The translations under genes and the position numbers were made by a program. DNA of 64,000 bases from a bacterium. GTDB lineage: Bacteria; Sysuimicrobiota; Sysuimicrobiia; Sysuimicrobiales; Segetimicrobiaceae. A model generated the notes under the pieces. That model searched no databases. It saw only the letters and a program-made list of their open reading frames with translations, and was not told the origin of the DNA. This document shows positions 57,347 to 64,000 of this stretch, in pieces. Location of the stretch: assembly GCA_036275835.1 (NCBI GenBank), contig DASUDA010000191.1, forward strand, positions 263 to 64,262, read 5' to 3'. Position 1 is the first letter of the stretch. The number at the start of each line of letters is the position of its first letter.

Positions 57347-58507
57347 GTGCTTCATCCCGGCCGCGACGAGCGCATCCAGGCGGGGCATCTCTGGGTCTAC
57401 CGGAACGAGATCGCCAGGATCGAAGGGAGTCCCGAAGACGGGGACGCCGTCACGGTCCGTACGGCGGCGCGGCGTGCCCTCGGCACGGGCCTGCTCAACA
57501 CGCAGTCCCTCATCACCGTCCGCCTGCTCACCTCGGGCGAGCACACCCTTGATGAGGCGTTTTTCCGGGCCCGTCTAGAGGCCGCGCTCTCGCTCCGCTC
57601 CCGGATCACCGCGGGGACTACCGCCTGCCGCCTGGTCTTCGGGGAAGGGGACCTCCTGCCCGGGTTGATCGTCGACCGGTATGGTCAGGTACTGGTGGTG
57701 CAGACCCTGACCCTCGGGATGGACCGCCGCAAGCCGCTGCTGGTCCGCCTTCTGGGCGACCTTCTCAGTCCGCGCGGGATCTTTGCCCGCAACGACCCCG
57801 CCGTGCGCCGCCTGGAGGGGCTCCCACGTGAGACGGGGTGGCTGGCCGGCGGTGGGCCGACCGAGGTGGAGATCGAGGAGGGCAGCCTCCGGTTCGTGGT
57901 GGACGTGGCGCGAGGTCAGAAGACCGGGTTCTTCCTCGACCAGCGCGAGAACCGGTCCCATGTCGCCACCCTCGCCTCCGGGGCGCACGTTTTGGATTGC
58001 TTCGCGTACACGGGAGCGTGGGGGATTCACGCTGCGCGGCGCGGGGCCGCGTCGGTCACCGGAGTGGAGATCTCCGCCGACGCCACAGCACAGGCAGAGC
58101 GCCACGCCGCGATGAACGGAGTCGGGGATCGGTGCCGCTTCGTGGGCGAGAACGCTTTCGATGAGCTCCGGCGGCTCGCGAGCGCGCGCGCCCGCTTCGA
58201 CCTCGTCATCCTCGATCCGCCGGCGTTCGTCAAGACCCGGGCGGCGCTTCCGGCGGGACTGGCCGGGTACAAGGAGATCAACCTCCGCGCGCTCAAGGTC
58301 CTGCGACCGGGCGGCTGGCTGGTCACATGCTCGTGCTCCTACCACGTGGACGAGGCGCGCCTCCGGGAGACCGTGCGAGAGGCGGCCAAGGACGCCGGCC
58401 GCGGGATCCGCGTCGTCGAAAGCCGCTCCCAGGCCCGAGATCACCCCGTGCACCCCGCCATGCCCGAGACCCGGTATCTGAAATGCCTGATTCTGTGGGT
58501 GGAGTGA
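57347..58507 (+). CDS. rlmI: Class I SAM-dependent rRNA (cytosine-C5) methyltransferase, RlmI/RlmK-like (PUA + MTase)
   Basis: GHLWVY PUA-like N-terminus, the SAM motif VLDCFAYTGAWG, and DPPAF. I propose a GTG start at 57347 within the track ORF, which overlaps the upstream gene. Confidence 0.75.
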   Translation: MLHPGRDERIQAGHLWVYRNEIARIEGSPEDGDAVTVRTAARRALGTGLLNTQSLITVRLLTSGEHTLDEAFFRARLEAALSLRSRITAGTTACRLVFGEGDLLPGLIVDRYGQVLVVQTLTLGMDRRKPLLVRLLGDLLSPRGIFARNDPAVRRLEGLPRETGWLAGGGPTEVEIEEGSLRFVVDVARGQKTGFFLDQRENRSHVATLASGAHVLDCFAYTGAWGIHAARRGAASVTGVEISADATAQAERHAAMNGVGDRCRFVGENAFDELRRLASARARFDLVILDPPAFVKTRAALPAGLAGYKEINLRALKVLRPGGWLVTCSCSYHVDEARLRETVREAAKDAGRGIRVVESRSQARDHPVHPAMPETRYLKCLILWVE

Positions 58508-58556
58508 CCGCGACGACCGGGCACCGCCGCCGCCCCCCCGAGGGGCGCAGGCGTGG

Positions 58557-58585
58557 TTGCAGGCCCCCGGGGAAGTCCTTATAAT
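58557..58585 (+). promoter_or_regulatory. Near-consensus sigma-A promoter: TTGCAG, 17-nt spacer, TATAAT
   Basis: Read directly: ttgcag at 58557-58562 and tataat at 58580-58585. It lies about 50 nt after the rlmI stop. Confidence 0.5.
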
Positions 58586-58621
58586 GAAGTAGGCGATGTT
58601 TGACAGCACGAGACCGGGCTC

Positions 58622-58660
58622 GGAGGAGGACAGCGGTGCGGGTTCTCCTCCTTGTTTTTT
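58622..58660 (+). terminator. Hairpin plus U-tract (GGAGGAG ... CTCCTCC then TTGTTTTTTGGGG) between the promoter and the R3H-ATPase gene
   Basis: A 7-bp perfect stem with a 16-nt loop is followed by T6 within a T-rich run, about 40 nt downstream of the promoter and about 40 nt upstream of the TTG start at 58701. Confidence 0.5.
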
Positions 58661-58700
58661 GGGGCGGACCCCCTTCCGGCGACAAGGTGTGGTGAGGTGA

Positions 58701-60227
58701 TTGGTGGCAGGCGCCCAGATTCACATCACGGATAATCTGGATCTGCTGTTGGGCGTCCTCCCTCCGCACATCCGGGAGCAGATCGAGCAGCAGACCGACC
58801 GGGACGCGCTTCTCGAAGTTGTGCTCGACCTCGGGCGGGAGCCCGAAGCCCGGTTCCCCGGCCGCGTCGTGCGGCTCTCCGACACGTTCGTGACCCGGGA
58901 GGAGATGCAGCATGTGACAGGCCGGGTCGGCGCGTTCGGAAAGGACAATCGCGCGGGCATCGAACGGACCCTCCACCGCATCTCGGCGCTCCGCAATCGC
59001 GCGGGGGAGATCATCGGACTCACGCTGCGCGTGGGACGCGCGGTCTACGGCACGGTGGACATCGTGCGTGACGTGATCGATTCCGGTCAGAGTGTTCTCC
59101 TCGTTGGGCGCCCCGGCGTGGGAAAGACGACGCTGCTGCGGGAAGCCGCCCGCGTGCTCTCCGATGAGGTGGGGAAGCGGGTGGTCGTCGTGGACACCAG
59201 TAACGAGATCGCCGGAGACGGCGACATCCCCCACCCCGGCATCGGCCGGGCGCGGCGGATGCAGGTGCCGTACCCGGAGCTCCAGCACGCGGTGATGATC
59301 GAGGCGGTGGAGAACCACATGCCCGAAGTGATCGTCATCGACGAGATCGGCACAGAGGCCGAGGCGCTGGCCGCCCGGACGATCGCCGAGCGCGGGGTCC
59401 AGTTGATCGCCACCGCGCACGGGAACACGCTGGACAACCTCCTGCAGAACCCGACGCTGTGCGATTTGATCGGGGGGATTCAGGCCGTCACCCTCAGCGA
59501 TGAGGAGGCGCGCCGCCGCGGGACCCAGAAGACCGTTCTCGAGCGGAAAGCGCCGCCGACGTTTGACGTCGTCATCGAGATTCAGGAGAAGGATTGCCTG
59601 GCCGTGCACCACAATGTGGCGCAGGTCGTGGATCGGTTCCTCCGGGGGACCGTGCCCCATGCGGAGATCCGGACCCGCACGCCGGAGGGCGAAGTGCGGA
59701 TTGCCAGTGCCAAGGCGGAGTCGGTCCCGGCTCCGGCGGCGACTGACGGTCAGACACCGTCTCTTCCTCACAAGATTGTACGGATCTACCCGTATGCGGT
59801 GAGCCGCAACCGCCTGGAGCGCGCGATTCGCGAGCTGCGCGTCCCGGCCGGCATCGCGGACACCCTCTACGACGCCGATGTTCTCCTGACCCTCAAGTCT
59901 CAGGAGAAGCGCCAGCCGAAGCGGCTGCGGGAGGCGGGCACACGGGGGCTGCCCACCCACATCATCAAGAGTAACACCCTCTCCCAGATCGAGGCCGTGC
60001 TCCGCGAGATCTTCGGCGTCGAAGACAGGTTGAGCAGTGAGGAGATCGCGCTCCGGGAAGTCGAGGAGGCGATCTCTGAGGTGATGTCCGCCGCGCAGCC
60101 GGTGGAGCTGTCCCCCCAAAACTCCTACGTCCGCCGCCTCCAGCACCAGCTGGTCCAGCGTTACGGCCTCACGTCCGAGAGTAAAGGAAACGATCCGTTC
60201 CGGCGAGTGGTGATCTATCCGCAGTGA
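58701..60227 (+). CDS. AAA-family ATPase with a C-terminal R3H nucleic-acid-binding domain (SpoIIIAA/Ycf45-like)
   Basis: Walker A GRPGVGKTTLL and Walker B VIVIDEIG in a SpoIIIAA-like core. The C-terminal ~150 aa are R3H-like. It has a TTG/GTG start after the RBS GGTGAGGTGA. Confidence 0.7.
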   Translation: MVAGAQIHITDNLDLLLGVLPPHIREQIEQQTDRDALLEVVLDLGREPEARFPGRVVRLSDTFVTREEMQHVTGRVGAFGKDNRAGIERTLHRISALRNRAGEIIGLTLRVGRAVYGTVDIVRDVIDSGQSVLLVGRPGVGKTTLLREAARVLSDEVGKRVVVVDTSNEIAGDGDIPHPGIGRARRMQVPYPELQHAVMIEAVENHMPEVIVIDEIGTEAEALAARTIAERGVQLIATAHGNTLDNLLQNPTLCDLIGGIQAVTLSDEEARRRGTQKTVLERKAPPTFDVVIEIQEKDCLAVHHNVAQVVDRFLRGTVPHAEIRTRTPEGEVRIASAKAESVPAPAATDGQTPSLPHKIVRIYPYAVSRNRLERAIRELRVPAGIADTLYDADVLLTLKSQEKRQPKRLREAGTRGLPTHIIKSNTLSQIEAVLREIFGVEDRLSSEEIALREVEEAISEVMSAAQPVELSPQNSYVRRLQHQLVQRYGLTSESKGNDPFRRVVIYPQ

Positions 60228-60937
60228 GCGCCCCCCCTGTCCCCCCTGCGCGGGTGGGGACCTTCCTGACCCTGGAGGGGCCTGAGGGGGCGGGGAAGAC
60301 CACTCAGAGCCGTCTTCTCGCAGAGCATCTGCGCGCCGCAGGACACAGTGTCGTGCACGCCCGCGAACCGGGTGGCACCGCCATCGGCGAACAGGTCCGG
60401 ATCCTCCTGCTCGATCCCCGGCACCGTGAGATGGCCGCCCGCACAGAGATGCTCCTGTTTGCCGCCTCCCGCGCCCAGCTCGTTGCCGAGGTGGTTGCTC
60501 CCGCCCTGGCGCGCGGAGCGCTTGTCGTGTGCGAACGATACGTGGACGCGTCCCTCGCCTACCAGGGCGTCGGCCGCGGCCTCGGCGTGGAGGTCGTTCG
60601 GGCCGTGAACGCCGCGGCGACCGGGGGGGTGTCCCCCGACCTGACCCTGCTCCTCGATGTCGACGCGGCCACGGGGTTGCGGCGGGCCCGCGGACCCTCC
60701 AGCGCCTCGGGCCCGGAGAGCGAGGGGGGCGACGGGGACCGCATAGAGCGGGAAGCGGTGGCTTTCCATGTGCGGGTCCGAGAGGGGTTTTTGGCCCTTG
60801 CCAGGAATGAGCCTCAGCGGATCAAGGTGATAGATGCTCGTGGGTCGGTGGATGACGTCCAGCGAGAGATCCGCGCGGCGGTGGACGGGTTTCTCGGCCG
60901 CCGGCGGTCGGGACGTCAGGGGAGGGACCTCCCGTGA
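60224..60937 (+). CDS. tmk: Thymidylate kinase
   Basis: P-loop LEGPEGAGKTT, the DRY-like CERYVDAS, and the LID region. Its GTG start overlaps the upstream stop (GTGA). Confidence 0.9.
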   Translation: MSAPPVPPARVGTFLTLEGPEGAGKTTQSRLLAEHLRAAGHSVVHAREPGGTAIGEQVRILLLDPRHREMAARTEMLLFAASRAQLVAEVVAPALARGALVVCERYVDASLAYQGVGRGLGVEVVRAVNAAATGGVSPDLTLLLDVDAATGLRRARGPSSASGPESEGGDGDRIEREAVAFHVRVREGFLALARNEPQRIKVIDARGSVDDVQREIRAAVDGFLGRRRSGRQGRDLP

Positions 60938-61263
60938 AGCTGATCCTCGCGATCGTCCAGGAGAAGGACTCCCGGCGTTTGATGGAGGGCCTGGTGGCGG
61001 CAGAGTTTCAGGCGACGATGCTGGCGAGCACAGGCGGATTCCTCCGGGAAGGCAACGCGACGATTCTCGTCGGCGTGGAGGCGAACCGCGTCGATGATGT
61101 CCTGGCCGTCATTCAGAAGTACGGCCGTGTGCGCGAGCAGCTCGTGAGCCCGCTGCCGCCTGTCGTCGAACCCGTGGACTCGTATATCTCCTATCCCGTG
61201 AAGGTACAGGTCGGGGGCGCGATCGTCTTCGTTCTGGACGTGGAGCGGATGGTCAAGATTTAG
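60934..61263 (+). CDS. darA: PII-like cyclic-di-AMP receptor DarA/PstA (YaaQ/DUF970 family)
   Basis: MKLILAIVQEKDSRRL ... ATMLASTGGFLREGNATILVGVE matches the YaaQ/DarA pattern. It sits between tmk and holB, as in Bacillus. Confidence 0.8.
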   Translation: MKLILAIVQEKDSRRLMEGLVAAEFQATMLASTGGFLREGNATILVGVEANRVDDVLAVIQKYGRVREQLVSPLPPVVEPVDSYISYPVKVQVGGAIVFVLDVERMVKI

Positions 61264-61283
61264 CTGAGGTCCTCCGTTCCCTC

Positions 61284-62285
61284 ATGCCCTTTCGCGATCT
61301 GATCAACCAGCGGCACGCCCAGGCCCTGCTCCACAGCGCTCTCCAGAGCGGCCACATCTCGCACGCCTACCTGTTCGTCGGCCCGTCCGGGGTCGGCCGC
61401 CTGGCCACCGCTCGGGCGTTTGCCCAGGCGCTCCTCTGTGCGGTCGGCGGGTCCGACGCGTGCGGCCGGTGCCTGGCCTGCCGCAAGGTCGTCGCCGGGA
61501 CGCATCCAGATCTCCGCATCCTCGCTCCTGGTCGCACCGAGACAGGGGTGGAGCGGCGGGCGGTCGTCATCGAGCAGATCCGGGCCCTCAAGCGCGACGC
61601 GGCGTATCCTCCGTACGAGGCGCGGTGGAAGGTCTTCATCGTCGAGGACGCCGAGGCGATGCGGGCGGAGGCGGCAAACAGCCTCCTCAAGGTGCTGGAA
61701 GAACCCCCCCCGGGGGTCGTGATCATCCTGCTCGCGGAGTCCACGGCGTCGCTGCTCCCCACGCTCGTCTCGCGCGCGCAGATCATCAGCTTCTCCTTCG
61801 TGCCCCCCGCGGAAATCGCGCAGGCGCTCACCGCGCGGGGCGTGCCCTCGGCGCGGGCCCGCTATCTCGCCGCGATCTCGGGCGGGCGTGTGGGCAAGGC
61901 GCTCGGAGCGGCGGGCGCGGACGCCGAGCCGTTCGACCGCCGGGCCGATGTGCTCGAGACCCTTGCCGCGATTGCGCGCGGTGACGTCGTTGCGCGCCTC
62001 AACGCAGCGGAGGCGGTGTCGCGACTCCGGGAGGACGTCGAGGGGTGGCTGGACATCGCGCTTCTGTGGGTCCGTGATCTCCTCATCTGGCAGGAGACGC
62101 GCGACCCCGCCCTCCTCGTGAACCTGGACTCCGGACGCGAGGTCGCGGAGTGGGCAGGCCGCGCCCAGGGAGCCGGCCTCCGGCGCACCGCCGAGGCGAT
62201 CGAGCAGGCGAAGGAGAACCTGCGGCGTAACCTCAATCCCCGGCTCGTTTTGGAGGAGCTCTTCGTCCGCATGGAGACCGGTTAG
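61284..62285 (+). CDS. holB: DNA polymerase III delta-prime subunit
   Basis: HAYLFVGPSGVGR P-loop-like motif, the zinc module CGRCLAC, and the SRAQ arginine finger (TLVSRAQ). Confidence 0.85.
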   Translation: MPFRDLINQRHAQALLHSALQSGHISHAYLFVGPSGVGRLATARAFAQALLCAVGGSDACGRCLACRKVVAGTHPDLRILAPGRTETGVERRAVVIEQIRALKRDAAYPPYEARWKVFIVEDAEAMRAEAANSLLKVLEEPPPGVVIILLAESTASLLPTLVSRAQIISFSFVPPAEIAQALTARGVPSARARYLAAISGGRVGKALGAAGADAEPFDRRADVLETLAAIARGDVVARLNAAEAVSRLREDVEGWLDIALLWVRDLLIWQETRDPALLVNLDSGREVAEWAGRAQGAGLRRTAEAIEQAKENLRRNLNPRLVLEELFVRMETG

Positions 62286-62503
62286 CGGAAGATCCCGCGG
62301 AAAAGGATCAGGGCCGCCAGCACCAGCATACCCACGACCCACCAGGGGATGCGCCGCCGAGGGACAGCGCGCGTCTCTGGGTTGGCGCACGCGTCGCAGT
62401 AGTTGCCCGTGCGCAGCCGCACCAGGCACGCCGCGCACAAGGGCTTCCCGCACCCCGCGCAGTATCCGAGAGCGGCGCGCTCGGGATGGTTGGCACACTT
62501 CAT
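62282..62503 (-). CDS. Small zinc-ribbon (B-box-like) protein with a C-terminal TM helix (73 aa)
   Basis: MKCANHPERAALGYCAGCGKPLCAACLVRLRTGNYCDACA (4 Cys pairs), then WWVVGMLVLAALILF. Its ATG overlaps the nfo stop (ATGA). I trimmed it from the 252-aa track ORF. Confidence 0.55.
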   Translation of the reverse strand: MKCANHPERAALGYCAGCGKPLCAACLVRLRTGNYCDACANPETRAVPRRRIPWWVVGMLVLAALILFRGIFR

Positions 62504-63381
62504 CGGCGGGACCGCAGCAGGGCGTGGACAGAGGGCCGGGGCGGTGCAGAGTCCCGGAGCCGCTTGAGGATCGCGATGTTCCGGCGATCCGGGCCGGTGT
62601 GCGCGAACCCCGGGGTCTCGATGAAGCCCGGGAGATCTCGAAGCACCGGATGGGCCAGCACCGCGCCAAATCCCTCGCGCCCGATCAGCCCCTCGCCGAT
62701 GTTCTCGTGGCGGTCGAGGTGGGATCCCAGTCCGCTCTTGGAGTCGTTCAAGTGCAGCGCGCGAAGGTGCCGTAGCCCGATGATCCGGTCGAACGCGCCC
62801 ACCATGCCCGCCACGCCGCCGGGTGTACGGAGGTCCCAGCCCGCGGCGAAGAGATGGGCCGTATCGAGACACACGCCGAGCCGCCGCGAGCCGCCGGCCG
62901 CGTCGAGGACCGCGCGCAATTCCTCGAACGTCCCTCCGATGCTCCCCCCGGCGCTCCCCTCGAGCAGGACCATCGCTTGGGTGCTCTCGCGAAGCGCGCT
63001 TCGCAGCGCCCTCGCAACCCGGGCCCGGGCGGTCGTCCAAGATGTGCCTCGCGCGCTTCCGATATGGGTGATGGCGGCCAATCCCCGAAGTGCGTCCATG
63101 CCCTGAAGGCTGTGGGCCAGCGCCCCGACCGACCGCCGATAGAGCACCGAATCGGGCGAGGCAAGATTGATCAGGTACGGGGTGTGGGCGACGAGCGGAT
63201 CCAGGCCGGCCGCAGCCCGCTTCCGGCGAAACTCATCAAGATCTTCCGCCGGATAGAGCACCAGGCGCCACTGGCGGGGGCTCCCCACGAAAATCTGCAG
63301 ACACTCGCACCCGATCGCCTGGGCCCGCGGGATCGCGTCATAGATGTGGCCGCGGATGGAGACGTGGGCGCCGAGGGGCAC
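62500..63381 (-). CDS. nfo: Deoxyribonuclease IV (endonuclease IV, AP endonuclease family 2)
   Basis: Conserved Nfo blocks (GAHVS..G, ECLQIF, LVAHTPYLINL, LCLDTAHLFAAGWD). Confidence 0.9.
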   Translation of the reverse strand: MPLGAHVSIRGHIYDAIPRAQAIGCECLQIFVGSPRQWRLVLYPAEDLDEFRRKRAAAGLDPLVAHTPYLINLASPDSVLYRRSVGALAHSLQGMDALRGLAAITHIGSARGTSWTTARARVARALRSALRESTQAMVLLEGSAGGSIGGTFEELRAVLDAAGGSRRLGVCLDTAHLFAAGWDLRTPGGVAGMVGAFDRIIGLRHLRALHLNDSKSGLGSHLDRHENIGEGLIGREGFGAVLAHPVLRDLPGFIETPGFAHTGPDRRNIAILKRLRDSAPPRPSVHALLRSRR

Positions 63382-63480
63382 GGGCAGAGGTTCGGGGCCG
63401 TACCCGGCCCTCTCCTCCGGAGGGAGTCCCTCTCACTCGGGCGAACCTGCGAAACACGAAGTTCTCCAGGGAGGATGGCG

Positions 63481-64000
63481 ATGCAAGAGACCGAACGGCG
63501 GGGGTTCACTACGCGGGCCATTCACGGCGGCCGCATCCCGGATGCCCACAAGTCGGTGGCGGCGCCCATCTACCAGACGGCGACGTTCCGGTACGATACC
63601 GTGGAGGAAGGAGCCCGGCTGGCCGCCGAGACAGGCCCGGGATACATCTACACCCGGTGGGGAAATCCGACGATCGACCTCTTCGAACAGAAGATGGCCA
63701 TCCTGGAGGGGGGCGAGGCGGCGCTCGGCACGTCCTCCGGCATGGCGGCCATCGCCACGGCGGTGGTGAGTCTCCTCCGGGCCGGCGATCATGTGATCGC
63801 CCCCAAGGCCGTCTATCAGGCGACGTTCGAATTGTTCCACCGGGTGCTGCCTGGATACGGCATGGAGGTGACGTTTCTCGACAACCCGGACGTGAGCGCC
63901 TACGAGCGTGCGCTGCGGCCGCAGACCAGGCTCCTCTACATCGAGACGCCGAACAACCCCCTTCTCGGCATCATCGACATCGCCGCGGTAGTGGGGCTGG
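63481..64000 (+). CDS. PLP-dependent cystathionine gamma-synthase / O-acetylhomoserine sulfhydrylase family (Cys/Met metabolism); 3' end outside the window
   Basis: TRAIHGG...APIYQTATF N-terminus of the MetB/MetC/MetY family. An RBS GGGAGG precedes the ATG. The frame is still open at the window end. Confidence 0.8.
   Translation, partial: MQETERRGFTTRAIHGGRIPDAHKSVAAPIYQTATFRYDTVEEGARLAAETGPGYIYTRWGNPTIDLFEQKMAILEGGEAALGTSSGMAAIATAVVSLLRAGDHVIAPKAVYQATFELFHRVLPGYGMEVTFLDNPDVSAYERALRPQTRLLYIETPNNPLLGIIDIAAVVGL

Noticed and set aside
62282-63040. A 252-aa minus-strand ORF overlapping nfo in another frame.
   Set aside because: nfo (62500..63381) is clearly the real gene in that region. Only the last 73 codons of this ORF, the zinc-ribbon protein at 62282..62503, look genuine.
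63382-63480. Possible SAM riboswitch in front of the metB-like gene.
   Set aside because: Only ~100 nt separate the divergent nfo and metB-like starts. That is too short for a SAM-I element plus a promoter. I could not recognise SAM-II or SAM-IV-type pseudoknot signatures by eye, so I did not call one.

Overview
This is a 64-kb, visibly very GC-rich bacterial chromosomal segment (roughly two-thirds or more G+C by eye; not computed), densely packed with housekeeping and metabolic genes on both strands. I saw no rRNA, tRNA, CRISPR array, transposase or integrase.

The gene order matches several Firmicute-specific syntenies. These are prkA-yhbH-spoVR; mfd-mazG(yabN)-yabO ... divIC-yabR; tmk-darA(yaaQ)-holB; murT-gatD; and glpK-glpABC. 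Together with the high GC this suggests a high-GC Firmicute of the Symbiobacterium/Thermaerobacter/Limnochordia type. That placement is an inference only.

Other named content:
- A tandem-USP protein, truncated at the window start.
- glnA and a glutamine-dependent nadE.
- A membrane H+-pyrophosphatase followed, 16 nt later on the same strand, by a GAF sensor kinase and an ANTAR response regulator.
- An EndoQ-like nuclease, rlmI, nfo, and a partial metB-like gene at the window end.

The most unusual region is a ~12-kb gene array at 14.8-27.4 kb. It combines an alpha/beta hydrolase, a YcsI/DUF1445 putative D-glutamate-cyclase-like hydro-lyase, a Liv-type amino-acid ABC importer, HyuA/HyuB (ATP-dependent hydantoinase/oxoprolinase family), a convergent BKACE/DUF849 gene, an orphan pxpA (5-oxoprolinase subunit A with no pxpB/pxpC) and a prenyltransferase-repeat protein. 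I read this as a candidate cyclic-amide / (D-)5-oxoproline-type catabolic system of novel composition.

Other points worth attention:
- The ANTAR regulator has an uninterrupted ~400-aa C-terminal extension that codes like a real domain, and sits next to a decayed dhaM fragment.
- Two near-consensus sigma-A promoters are each followed by a strong hairpin plus U-tract before the next gene (upstream of prkA and upstream of the R3H ATPase). These are candidate sRNAs or attenuators.
- Several further textbook -35/-10 promoters and intrinsic terminators are directly readable in the sequence.

Long antisense shadow ORFs typical of high-GC DNA are common here and were rejected.
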